In this document: positions 9,860 to 19,230 of the stretch, in pieces
How positions within the stretch are numbered: position 1 is the first letter of the stretch
Layout: each line of letters begins with the position of its first letter
NCBI GenBank assembly: GCA_013387215.1
Contig: WARW01000003.1
Span: 10,227-74,226, forward strand
Direction of reading: 5' to 3'
From: Patescibacteria group bacterium
Lineage (GTDB): Bacteria > Patescibacteriota > Microgenomatia > UBA12405
Length of the DNA: 64,000 nucleotides
Notes under the pieces: generated by a model
Told to the model about the DNA's origin: nothing
Seen by the model: the letters and a program-made list of their open reading frames with translations, nothing else
Databases searched by the model: none
Position numbers and translations under genes: made by a program

Positions 9860-10279
9860 TTGGTGGAGTTTAATTGTTTTTTGTTTTCTGAAATGATTAA
9901 AAGGATCCTAATAATAATTTCAATAATTGTACTTTATCTAATTCCTAAAAACATTAAATATGATAAAAAAACAAACCCTTCATTGGTAAATAATTCGCAA
10001 GTGATTGTTAGCCAAACCCCCTTAATAAGCAGCAGAGGTATCAAAATAAAAAATATAAATGCCCCTGAGATAATTGGTGTTAACGGAAAAGAAAATTTCT
10101 ATCCAGACCACAGCCTACCTATTAATATAAACAATATCCTATTGATTGGCTCTGCCATATTTATTAGTTCAGGAATTGGTCTTTTAGAAATAGACAATAT
10201 GGTGGCGAGAGTGAGAAATCTTGTTAATAAAATTAACTTTAACGGCTCTTTAGTTAAATTCATTAATAGAATATTATGA
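9860..10279 (+). CDS. hypothetical membrane protein, first gene of GH8/GT2 operon
   Basis: N-terminal TM; ATGA overlap with downstream GH8 gene; no family recognised. Confidence 0.35.
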   Translation: MVEFNCFLFSEMIKRILIIISIIVLYLIPKNIKYDKKTNPSLVNNSQVIVSQTPLISSRGIKIKNINAPEIIGVNGKENFYPDHSLPININNILLIGSAIFISSGIGLLEIDNMVARVRNLVNKINFNGSLVKFINRIL

Positions 10280-11463
10280 ACAAAAGAATTTTGGGCTATT
10301 TATTTATAGTATTAGGGATTGCAGTTTTTGGATATGTTTTGTATGTTAATAGCCAATACATTGATTTAACTCGGCCGTTTTCGTCATATACTTTGTTGAT
10401 TTCTTCATGGGAAAAATATAAACAAGAATTTATAAATAAAGACGGCAGAGTAATTGATTATTCCCAAAGCGGAATTACAACATCTGAAGGCCAAAGTTAC
10501 GCCATGCTTAGATCAGTATATATTGATGACAAAGGCGCTTTTGACCAAGTTTGGAATTGGAGCAAAATAAATCTTAAAAGACCAACTGATAATCTTTTTG
10601 GGTGGAAATGGGGTTTAACCAGTGATAATAAATATGGGTTTTTAGAAAATGGAGGAAGTAATTCAGCTGCCGATGCAGATACCGATATCGCTTTGGCACT
10701 AATATTTGCGGGAAAGCGCTGGAAAAATGATGAATATATAAACCAATCAAAAACAATCTTAAAGGATATTTGGGATAAAGAAACTGGAGTGGCTGCTGGA
10801 AAAAGATATCTGATTGCCGGGAACTGGGCAACTGATGGAAATATGCTAATTATTAATCCTTCATATTTTGAGCCATACGCCTGGAGAATTTTTGCCACAG
10901 TCGACAAAGATCATGACTGGAATAGTTTAATCGGCCCGGCTTATGCTTTATTGACAGATTCAGGAAAAAGTAATCTGGATAAAAATTCATCGGTGGGACT
11001 GCCTCCAGATTGGGTAGAAATTGATAAAACAACAGGTGTTTTAAAGGCACCAAGTTTTGCCAATTTAACCACAAATTATAGTTTTGATGCTATGAGAATT
11101 CCCTGGAAAATTGGATTGGATTATCAATGGAACAAAAATCAGGAGGCTTACAATTACCTGGCTCAATCATTTAAAAAAATATCGGAAATATATGCGACTG
11201 ATGGTAAGCTGCCAACATCACTGTCTCACGATGGACAAATAGTTCAAGATCAAGAAAATCCAACCATGTACGCAACTGCAATTGGTTATTTTATGTTGGC
11301 TGACCCCATAGCAGCAAAAAAAATATATCAAGAGAAAATCCTCAACTTATATTCCAACGACCAAAACATGTTCAACAGCAATCTTCCCTACTATGAACAA
11401 AACTGGTTATGGTTTGGTTCGGCAATTTACAACCACGAAATAAATAGTTTAAGCAATCAATGA
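10276..11463 (+). CDS. glycoside hydrolase family 8 endoglucanase, membrane-anchored (BcsZ-like)
   Basis: N-terminal TM anchor; GH8 signature 'SAADADTDIALALIFAGKRW' (PROSITE GH8-like A-x-D-A-D-x2-I-A-x-A-L-I-x-A-x3-W). Confidence 0.8.
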   Translation: MNKRILGYLFIVLGIAVFGYVLYVNSQYIDLTRPFSSYTLLISSWEKYKQEFINKDGRVIDYSQSGITTSEGQSYAMLRSVYIDDKGAFDQVWNWSKINLKRPTDNLFGWKWGLTSDNKYGFLENGGSNSAADADTDIALALIFAGKRWKNDEYINQSKTILKDIWDKETGVAAGKRYLIAGNWATDGNMLIINPSYFEPYAWRIFATVDKDHDWNSLIGPAYALLTDSGKSNLDKNSSVGLPPDWVEIDKTTGVLKAPSFANLTTNYSFDAMRIPWKIGLDYQWNKNQEAYNYLAQSFKKISEIYATDGKLPTSLSHDGQIVQDQENPTMYATAIGYFMLADPIAAKKIYQEKILNLYSNDQNMFNSNLPYYEQNWLWFGSAIYNHEINSLSNQ

Positions 11464-13010
11464 AATTTAATATAAACAAAGGCCTCCTAGAAAGAGGAAA
11501 AATTGATAAGTCGTTAATAGGGCTTAATTTGGCCATGACTGCTTTTTATTTTTCTTGGTGGCTGACACCGTCGCATATAGATAATAAGTTTTTATATTTT
11601 CTATTGTTTATAGGGGAAATTTATCATATTTTTATGGCCTTAACTTTTTGGCACACAATTGCTCCGGGGCAATTAAAAATTAAAAAAGTGAATAGATCTA
11701 AAAAATTCTTGCCTACAGTAGACATATTTATAACAGTAGCAGGAGAACCAGTAGAAATAGTAAAACAGACAATAAACAAAGTTTTGAACATGAACTATCC
11801 AAAATCTTTTATATATATATTGAATGATAGTTTAGTGGCTAAAAAAGAAAATTGGAGAGAGTATGAATATTTAGCTGAAGAAATGGGGGTTTTTTGCATA
11901 ACCAGAACCGTGTCTGGAGGTGCAAAAGCCGGCAATATTAATCATGCCTTAAAAATAACCACAGGCAAATTAATTGCCATCTTTGATGCCGATATGCAAC
12001 CAAGACCGAATTTTTTATCCAGATTAATACCCTATTTTAGAAACAAAAAGGTTGGTTTTGTGCAAACTCCTCAATATTATAAAAACTGGCAAAATAATTT
12101 GGTTAGCAGCGGCGCATGGGCCCAACAAGAGTTTTTTTTCGGCCCAATAATGAAAGGGAAAGAAAAAAGTAATTCGGCTTTTATTTGCGGAACAAATTTT
12201 TTGATAAGACGAACTGCTTTATTGGAAGCTGGCGGAATGCAGGAGAATAATATTGCAGAGGATTTTTTAACATCACTGTTTGTTCATAATAATGGCTGGC
12301 TGTCTTATTATGTAAACGAAGTGTTGAGTGAGGGTCTGGCTCCAGAAGATATGTTGTCATACTTTAAACAACAACTAAGATGGGCCAGAGGGTCATTGGA
12401 AATCGTATTTACTAGAAATAATCCTCTTTTCAAAAAAAGATTGAGTTGGCACCAAAGGATTGAATATTTATCATCATCTTTGTATTACTTTAATGGAATT
12501 ATAGTTCTAATCGATATTGTAATGCCATTGTTGTTTTTATTTTTTGGAATACGACCAGTAGCAGCTAGCTCCACCTCGTTTGCACTTTTCTTTGTACCTT
12601 TTATATTTTTAAATTTATATTCACTAAGAATGGCTTCTGCCGACAGAATATCCTTTCAAGCATTATCATTCACTCAGTCGTCTTGGACACTCCAAATTTT
12701 GGCTCTAAAATCAATTCTTTTAAAACAAAAAATGAAGTTTGAAGTTACTTCAAAAAGGGCTCTGACTGGAAACTACATAAACTTAGCTTATCCTCATATT
12801 ACTTATATTGTTTTAGCATTTATGGGATCGATCACAGCTGTGCTTAGAGAAGGAATTAACCCATCAGTAATAACAAACATTGCCTGGGTATTAGTAAATA
12901 CAATATTATTTATTCCATTTATTATGGCAGCTTATAAGGCTGAAGGTGTTCCACGACCCAAACTGGAAATCGATCTGGCAACTGAAAATGAAAGAAAACA
13001 TGTCAAATAA
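11460..13010 (+). CDS. GT2 processive beta-glycosyltransferase, cellulose-synthase-like, no PilZ domain
   Basis: 'FDADMQP' DxD, 'VQTPQYY', 'QQLRWARGSLEI' (QxxRW), TM helices flanking the GT domain; ends at 516 aa without a PilZ region. Confidence 0.85.
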   Translation: MKFNINKGLLERGKIDKSLIGLNLAMTAFYFSWWLTPSHIDNKFLYFLLFIGEIYHIFMALTFWHTIAPGQLKIKKVNRSKKFLPTVDIFITVAGEPVEIVKQTINKVLNMNYPKSFIYILNDSLVAKKENWREYEYLAEEMGVFCITRTVSGGAKAGNINHALKITTGKLIAIFDADMQPRPNFLSRLIPYFRNKKVGFVQTPQYYKNWQNNLVSSGAWAQQEFFFGPIMKGKEKSNSAFICGTNFLIRRTALLEAGGMQENNIAEDFLTSLFVHNNGWLSYYVNEVLSEGLAPEDMLSYFKQQLRWARGSLEIVFTRNNPLFKKRLSWHQRIEYLSSSLYYFNGIIVLIDIVMPLLFLFFGIRPVAASSTSFALFFVPFIFLNLYSLRMASADRISFQALSFTQSSWTLQILALKSILLKQKMKFEVTSKRALTGNYINLAYPHITYIVLAFMGSITAVLREGINPSVITNIAWVLVNTILFIPFIMAAYKAEGVPRPKLEIDLATENERKHVK

Positions 13011-14448
13011 ATTACTAGTGCTGATAGTTCTGGTGACATCCCTAATCAGCATTTATTTTCTTTTTACACAATCGATTCGTTTAGATGAGGCTCAATCGAT
13101 ATGGATGTTTACTAAATCGATTCCCGGGATGCTCAAACTTACTTCTCAAGATGTAAATTTACCGCTTTACGGAATAATTATGCATTTCTGGCTGCAGATA
13201 TTAGGAATAAATATTGTTAGAGCCAGATTATTATCTTTGATATTCTTTTTAATAACATTACCAGTTCTGTACCAACTAATAAAAGAATCGAGCGATAGTG
13301 ATCATGCAATTTTAACAGTAGCATTTTTTGCTTTTTCTCCTTTTATTTTGTGGTACACCAGTGAAGCCCGAACTTATACGTTGTTTATATTAATTGCTTG
13401 TTTACAACAATTATATTTTTTACGATTAATCAGAAGTGGTGGAAATAACGGAAAATTTGGTTATTTTATTGGTACTGCACTTGGATTTTATACACATTAT
13501 TTTTTTATTTTCCTTTTAATTGCCCAAATAGTTTTTGTACTGAGTTTAAGAATAGTTAAAGGTAAAAATAAAAATAGGTTAATTAAACGTCACCTAATTT
13601 TAGATTTTGGAGGTTTATTGGTTTTTATTCCTTGGATTTATTATATTTTTAGGACCGGAGGAGCGGTTAACACACAGCCATTAATTCCTATTCCAAACAG
13701 CTATAGCGTGGTGCAGACTTTTGTTAATTTTGTGGTGGGATTTCAATCTCAATCAATTCAAGCAGTCTTAATTTCTCTTTGGCCACTTTCGACTGTAATT
13801 TTATTTTTAATGTTTACACATAGGAAACAAAAATTGGTTAAAAATGTCGAATACTTTTTTTTAGTCACTTTTTTACCGATTATTTTAGTGTTTTTAATAT
13901 CTTTTATAAAACCCATTTTTTTATCTAGATATTTAATTTTAGTGACACCAACATTATTTTTTATAATTGCATGGATAATTTTGAGTAATTCTAAAAAAAT
14001 ATCTTTTTATTTATCGGTATTAATTTTGCTTTTGATGTTTAGTTTTTTAATGTTTCAGAACATTTCGGCAGCAACTCCAAGTAAAGAAAACTATAGTGAA
14101 GTTAGCCAATATTTGAACCAATATACAACACCAGAAGATATTGTGGCAATTACTGCTCCATTTACTATTTATCCAATTGAATACCAATACCAAGGTGAAG
14201 CTAAATTAGTAACAATTCCTAATTGGGATAAATATGTTGAAGGACCAATCCCCCAATATAATTCTGATAATCTAGTTAAACAAATTAATGACTATAAAAC
14301 TCAATATAATCGTTTGTTTGTGGTTTTTTCGTATGATCAGGGATATGAAAATGATATAAAAAATTATCTGGACACACATTATGCCATCATGGGAATGGGA
14401 AAGTTTTCGGACAGTATTGAAATGAGAATCTACAAATTGAGATACTAG
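12988..14448 (+). CDS. GT39-family membrane glycosyltransferase (PMT_2/ArnT-like)
   Basis: 'RLDEAQS' (WxDEA-like), 'DVNLPLYGII' (HPPLYY-like), 'WYTSEARTYTL'; ~11 TM helices; start placed at internal ATG to minimise overlap (long ORF begins 12946). Confidence 0.7.
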   Translation: MKENMSNKLLVLIVLVTSLISIYFLFTQSIRLDEAQSIWMFTKSIPGMLKLTSQDVNLPLYGIIMHFWLQILGINIVRARLLSLIFFLITLPVLYQLIKESSDSDHAILTVAFFAFSPFILWYTSEARTYTLFILIACLQQLYFLRLIRSGGNNGKFGYFIGTALGFYTHYFFIFLLIAQIVFVLSLRIVKGKNKNRLIKRHLILDFGGLLVFIPWIYYIFRTGGAVNTQPLIPIPNSYSVVQTFVNFVVGFQSQSIQAVLISLWPLSTVILFLMFTHRKQKLVKNVEYFFLVTFLPIILVFLISFIKPIFLSRYLILVTPTLFFIIAWIILSNSKKISFYLSVLILLLMFSFLMFQNISAATPSKENYSEVSQYLNQYTTPEDIVAITAPFTIYPIEYQYQGEAKLVTIPNWDKYVEGPIPQYNSDNLVKQINDYKTQYNRLFVVFSYDQGYENDIKNYLDTHYAIMGMGKFSDSIEMRIYKLRY

Positions 14449-14997
14449 CTATTCCCGACAACAATCAAGAATCTTACCAATAACACCACTAACCTTACCC
14501 ATAAAATCTGTTTTATCGGCTTTTAAAGGTTTGTCTGATTTTGATAAAACTGGAGTATCGTTTTTGGTTTCTGATTTAAAGTCGTCAGATTTAAGCATGC
14601 CAAGATTTAGGCCCCAAAAAAGATTGTAGAGGTTATATGATTTTTTGAAAAATTCTTCCGAAGCTTTAATATCGCCCTTGGTTTGAGCTTTGGTACCAAC
14701 CTCCATAAGTCTCATGGAAGCAGCTAAAAGATGTTTACTAATACACCAGACTTCACCCTCATAATCTTTAATAATCATTTTCAAAAGCCCTTTGCGCATA
14801 TCGCGAACTTCATTAAGAAGATCATAATATTTTGTTTTGCCTGTTTTTCCGCCAGAGAAGAAAAGATGTTCTTCAATGGAAATAAGGTTCATGATGGCAA
14901 TAGATAGGTCTTCATCGGAAGACAAATCCAAAGTTTCACCTTTTTCCATTTTTTTAACTTTGTTTAAAAATTGATTAATATCTTCATTATTGGTCAT
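14449..14997 (-). CDS. hypothetical cytoplasmic protein
   Basis: 182-aa ORF convergent with the GT39 gene; no recognisable motif. Confidence 0.4.
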   Translation of the reverse strand: MTNNEDINQFLNKVKKMEKGETLDLSSDEDLSIAIMNLISIEEHLFFSGGKTGKTKYYDLLNEVRDMRKGLLKMIIKDYEGEVWCISKHLLAASMRLMEVGTKAQTKGDIKASEEFFKKSYNLYNLFWGLNLGMLKSDDFKSETKNDTPVLSKSDKPLKADKTDFMGKVSGVIGKILDCCRE

Positions 14998-15014
14998 AGT
15001 TGATTGTACCCTAT

Positions 15015-15470
15015 TTAAAGGTTAAAAATAAGTTTAAAAGCAAGAGTGCTTAGGATTAATAAACTTAGCGGAAAAACAACCCGCTGATAATAAAAAAGAA
15101 CCTTACCGTGGTTGCGTTTTTTGGTGTAAAGATTAATAAAGTTTCCTAAGATTACTGCCACAAGACCTAGAGTTTCACCAAGAACAATTTTATCGATTCC
15201 CAAAATCGAATCCTTTCCACTGATTTGATTAGTAAAACTAAAATAGAACAATGTTAGTCCATATAATATTAAAGATAAAATTATGGGATTTCTTAAAATT
15301 CTATTTTTAAATTTAGAGGCCAAATAGAAAGCGATAACAGTATTAAGACCGCCGATCCAGATATTAATTAAAAGCGAATCAATGCCTAATTTTTCAGCTA
15401 AAATCATACCACCACCAACTGTAACTATACAAACTGGACATTGAGCATAAACTTCTTTGACTAAGAACAT
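15015..15470 (-). CDS. small polytopic membrane protein with CPVC motif, last gene of copper operon
   Basis: 'MFLVKEVYAQCPVCIV' then ~4 TM helices; start at internal ATG to avoid overlap with copA. Confidence 0.4.
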   Translation of the reverse strand: MFLVKEVYAQCPVCIVTVGGGMILAEKLGIDSLLINIWIGGLNTVIAFYLASKFKNRILRNPIILSLILYGLTLFYFSFTNQISGKDSILGIDKIVLGETLGLVAVILGNFINLYTKKRNHGKVLFYYQRVVFPLSLLILSTLAFKLIFNL

Positions 15471-15489
15471 AATAGTATATTTTAACTTA

Positions 15490-18400
15490 TTATTTTTGAT
15501 TGAACTTGTAATAATTGTCAGCAAACTGACGAGGCACAAAATGCATCATATCGAGGCTGGTTAAGTTCTTTTTGGGAAGTCCGGTAATAATAATATTACT
15601 GCCAAAAAAATTGTTTATAGTGTCAAACTTTTTTTGAAAAAGCTTTTCTTTTATCATCATTCGAGCCTCATCGTAGCCAACATAAGTGGATAAATATTTA
15701 GTGCCAGCTACTTCATAATTTGTTTTAAGCGGATCGATAATTGATAATAATTGCTGCGGAATATTGGTTTGGTCATACAAATATATTAGTTTCAAATCGC
15801 CAAGAGCAGTTTCGGTAACTAATATATCACTTTTAGCGGTTAGATTGGCAAAAGATTTTTGATTAAAGATGTGATATTCATCGATCAAAGTTCCAGTTGG
15901 GGCAAGAATACCAACAATTTTAATTTTTGGCAGTCCAAAAAAGTTGGGTATTTCAGAACCAACACCTTTAATTAGGCCTTCTTCAATCATCATACTGGCC
16001 TCTTTAGATCCTAAAATAACATTATTTTCTCCTGATAAATCAAAGTTGCCTGCAGATAATTTTAAAGAGGATGGCAGATTGTCGACTCCTAAAATTAATT
16101 TAGGATTATTTTTGACAAAACCAATTTTTGAAGGATTATTTTTTAAAAGCTCATTTATTTCGGTTTTTATGGATGGCCGAGATTGGATATAGGCAACTAG
16201 ACCAGAATTGGATTGGGCATCAGCTCCCATTTTTGAAGAAAAGCTGGCAAATTCAATAAAAATAAGTAAAAAGAATGAAATCATCACAAAAGGAGCCAAT
16301 TTTGATATCCAATTAAACTTCCCTGGTTTGAAAAATTTTAAGGTTAAAGAGTTAGCCACCACTGAAACCGAAGATAAAGCCATGGCCAGACCTGCAAGTT
16401 CAGGTTTAAGAATTAAACCAATCCCCATCAAAGCACGAGCAGCGATGGGAATTCCCAGAATATTATAAAAGAGAGCAAAGAACATATTTTGACGAATTTT
16501 ACCTACGGTTTGGCGAGAAAGATCTATGGCTGTCAGAACTCCATTTAAATCATTACTGATAATGACAATACTACCTGATTCCATGGCGATATCAGCACCA
16601 CTACCCATAGCAATACCAAGATCAGATTGAGTTAAAGCAGGGGCATCGTTGATACCATCGCCAACCATAGCCACTTTAAAACCAGAATCTTGAAGTTTTT
16701 TGACTTCCTCCGCTTTGTTTTGAGGTAAAACTTCAGCTAATACATTGGTAATACCAAGCTGTTTGGCAATTGCGTCAGCAGTACGGTGATTATCACCAGT
16801 GATCATATATACAGCAATGCCCATTTTTTTAAGTTTGGAAACAACAGCAACTGAAGTTTCTTTAAGTTGATCGGCTACAGCAATTAATCCTAAAACTTTT
16901 TCTTTATTGGCGATAAGCATGGCAGTTTTACCATCATTCTCAAGCCTCTCCATATCATAAGAAGAAGTTAAGGGAATTTGATTCGCTTCCAATAGTTTAC
17001 GATTACCAACATAATAGGTTTGACCATTGACTACTGCTTTAACACCAGACCCAGGGATGGCCTGAAAATCTTCAATCGCATAGTTGATTGCCCCACAAGA
17101 TTGGCTATAACGAACAATCGATTCAGCCAAAGGATGTTCAGATTTTTGTTCGATTGAGTATAGAATTGAAAGAATTGTCTGATCACCTGGAAGATAGTTA
17201 ATAAAATCAGTTACTTCAGGTTTACCTTTAGTGAGAGTGCCAGTTTTATCAAAGACAATAGCTTCCAAATTTTGGGCCATTTCCAGCGGTTCGCCACCTT
17301 TAATTAAAACTCCATATTCAGCACCTTTACCAGTTCCAACCATAATAGAGGTAGGAGTGGCCAAACCAAGAGCACAAGGACATGCAATAACGATAACTGC
17401 CACAAAAGCTAATAAGGCGAAAGTTAAAGAAGACCCAAGCAAAAAGTACCAAATTACAAAAGTAAGGACGGCGATACTAATTACAGCTGGTACAAAAATT
17501 GAGGAAATCTTATCGGCAAAACCTTGAATTGGAGCTTTTGAACCTTGAGCATCTTCAATTAATTTGACGATTTGAGACAAAGCAGTGTCGGCACCAATTT
17601 TAGTGGTTTTAAACTCAAAAGAACCAGTCTTATTGATTGAAGCGGTATAAACTTTTGATCCAATTTGTTTTTCAACTGGTAATGATTCGCCAGTTAGAAT
17701 AGATTCATCAACAGCCGAGTAACCAGAAACTACTTCCCCATCCACAGGAATTCTTTCGCCAGGGCGAACAACAACAGTGTCGCCTACCATTACCTGTTCA
17801 ACAGGAATATCCACTGGTTGGCCATTTTTTAGAATACGAGCAGTTTTTGGGGCCAACCCCATTAATTTTTCAATAGCCTCAGAGGTCTTTCCTTTAGCTT
17901 TAGCTTCGAGCCATTTACCTAATGATACAAAAGTGATTAAGAAGGCGGCGACCTCAAAATAAAGATTGGGGATTTTGGAACCATTTAAGCCAATAAATGA
18001 ACCAGTTTCACTAAAATAATTAAAAAATTCAAATATGCTGTAAAAATAGGCTGTACTTGTGCCTATAGCAACTAAAGAATCCATGGAAAAAGTACGCATT
18101 TTTAAGGCTGACCAAAACCCAGCAAAAAAATTAGAACCAACGTAAAAAAGAACCGGAGTGGCTAATAATAAAGAGATCAATCCGGCGTATGGCATGACGA
18201 TGCTTTTAAATGGAACAGTATTGGTAAAATCGTAGACCATGAATAGAATCATGGGGATGCTTAGGATTAAACCGGTGAAGAATTTTGAAAACCAATATTT
18301 TATTTCCTGTTTTCTTTTTTCGTGCTGATTTTCTGTTTTTTCGTTAGGAAGCGAGGCTTTATAACCAGCTGCTTCAATGCTTTTAATCAAATCATCGATT

Positions 18401-18582
18401 TTGGCTGAACTAGGACTGTATACAACTCTGGCTTTTTCAGTGGCAAAATTAACATTAACCTCATTAACACCATTAACTTTTTTTAAAGACCGCTCGATAA
18501 GACCAGCGCAGCTGCTACAATGCATGCCAGTAATATCCAAATTTACGGCAATATTTTTTGTAGATGGGTTTTGATTTTCCAT
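15490..18582 (-). CDS. copA: copper-translocating P1B-type ATPase with ~285-aa C-terminal extension
   Basis: N-terminal HMA '[12 protein letters not shown]'; '[10 protein letters not shown]'; 'DKTGTLT'; 'GDGINDAP'; 1030 aa versus ~740 for the core, with an extra TM and a soluble tail. Confidence 0.9.
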   Translation of the reverse strand: MENQNPSTKNIAVNLDITGMHCSSCAGLIERSLKKVNGVNEVNVNFATEKARVVYSPSSAKIDDLIKSIEAAGYKASLPNEKTENQHEKRKQEIKYWFSKFFTGLILSIPMILFMVYDFTNTVPFKSIVMPYAGLISLLLATPVLFYVGSNFFAGFWSALKMRTFSMDSLVAIGTSTAYFYSIFEFFNYFSETGSFIGLNGSKIPNLYFEVAAFLITFVSLGKWLEAKAKGKTSEAIEKLMGLAPKTARILKNGQPVDIPVEQVMVGDTVVVRPGERIPVDGEVVSGYSAVDESILTGESLPVEKQIGSKVYTASINKTGSFEFKTTKIGADTALSQIVKLIEDAQGSKAPIQGFADKISSIFVPAVISIAVLTFVIWYFLLGSSLTFALLAFVAVIVIACPCALGLATPTSIMVGTGKGAEYGVLIKGGEPLEMAQNLEAIVFDKTGTLTKGKPEVTDFINYLPGDQTILSILYSIEQKSEHPLAESIVRYSQSCGAINYAIEDFQAIPGSGVKAVVNGQTYYVGNRKLLEANQIPLTSSYDMERLENDGKTAMLIANKEKVLGLIAVADQLKETSVAVVSKLKKMGIAVYMITGDNHRTADAIAKQLGITNVLAEVLPQNKAEEVKKLQDSGFKVAMVGDGINDAPALTQSDLGIAMGSGADIAMESGSIVIISNDLNGVLTAIDLSRQTVGKIRQNMFFALFYNILGIPIAARALMGIGLILKPELAGLAMALSSVSVVANSLTLKFFKPGKFNWISKLAPFVMISFFLLIFIEFASFSSKMGADAQSNSGLVAYIQSRPSIKTEINELLKNNPSKIGFVKNNPKLILGVDNLPSSLKLSAGNFDLSGENNVILGSKEASMMIEEGLIKGVGSEIPNFFGLPKIKIVGILAPTGTLIDEYHIFNQKSFANLTAKSDILVTETALGDLKLIYLYDQTNIPQQLLSIIDPLKTNYEVAGTKYLSTYVGYDEARMMIKEKLFQKKFDTINNFFGSNIIITGLPKKNLTSLDMMHFVPRQFADNYYKFNQK

Positions 18583-18584
18583 AT

Positions 18585-18803
18585 TTATAGAAGCTGGGCT
18601 GTATAGCCAGAATTTTTTATAATTTTTATTAAATCTTCTGAATTAAGTTTGTCAGAATCAAATTCAACAGTAACTAGTTTTGTTTCTAAATTAGCATCAA
18701 CAGAAATAACACCATTAGTATCTTCTAAGTCCATTTGAATTAATTTTGGACAGGAAGGACAATGCATGTCGGAAACTTTAAATGTATTTTTTTGATTAGT
18801 CAT
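18585..18803 (-). CDS. copZ: copper chaperone (HMA domain)
   Basis: 72 aa, '[11 protein letters not shown]' MxCxxC motif. Confidence 0.8.
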   Translation of the reverse strand: MTNQKNTFKVSDMHCPSCPKLIQMDLEDTNGVISVDANLETKLVTVEFDSDKLNSEDLIKIIKNSGYTAQLL

Positions 18804-18811
18804 GTTGGTTT

Positions 18812-19222
18812 TTAATTAATAACTTCAAAAGTACCCGTGTACATGCCCATGGTGCAACTGAAACGATAGGTTCCAGGTGCAACTGGAGTAAATTCTTTTG
18901 TAACTTGAGAGTTAGGGATAAGATCAATTCGGTCTGAGAAAAGCCCGTGAGAAACAATACTTCCAGCGCAGCCAGCATTGCCAGATGAAGTAATTTGCCA
19001 AACCACTGGTATGTTGGCTTTAATTTTAAAATTGTTTGGAGAATAACCAGCAGCCGAAGCAGTCATCTTAACAATTTGTTTACCATCTACAACTTGAACT
19101 AAGTCAGGGCCAGAAGCTGCATTGGAAACAGAGGGGTGTTTTTGGCTAAATATGAAAAAACCAAAAACAACGATTAAAACTATCGAACCTAAAACATAAA
19201 ATAGATTAGAAATATTTTTCAT
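18812..19222 (-). CDS. membrane-anchored cupredoxin-like domain protein
   Basis: N-terminal TM; C-terminal 'GCAGSIVSHGLF...YRFSCTMGMYTGTFEV' paralogous to the C-terminal domain of the neighbouring fusion protein; alternative TTG start at 19249. Confidence 0.55.
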   Translation of the reverse strand: MKNISNLFYVLGSIVLIVVFGFFIFSQKHPSVSNAASGPDLVQVVDGKQIVKMTASAAGYSPNNFKIKANIPVVWQITSSGNAGCAGSIVSHGLFSDRIDLIPNSQVTKEFTPVAPGTYRFSCTMGMYTGTFEVIN

Positions 19223-19230
19223 AGTTTTTA

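Noticed and set aside
15944-18574. Plus-strand ORFs of 61-98 aa inside the copA region (15944-16192, 16208-16468, 17231-17527, 17777-17962, 18377-18574)
   Set aside because: Antisense to a well-supported 1030-aa P-type ATPase ORF; low-complexity translations with no motifs; typical shadow ORFs.
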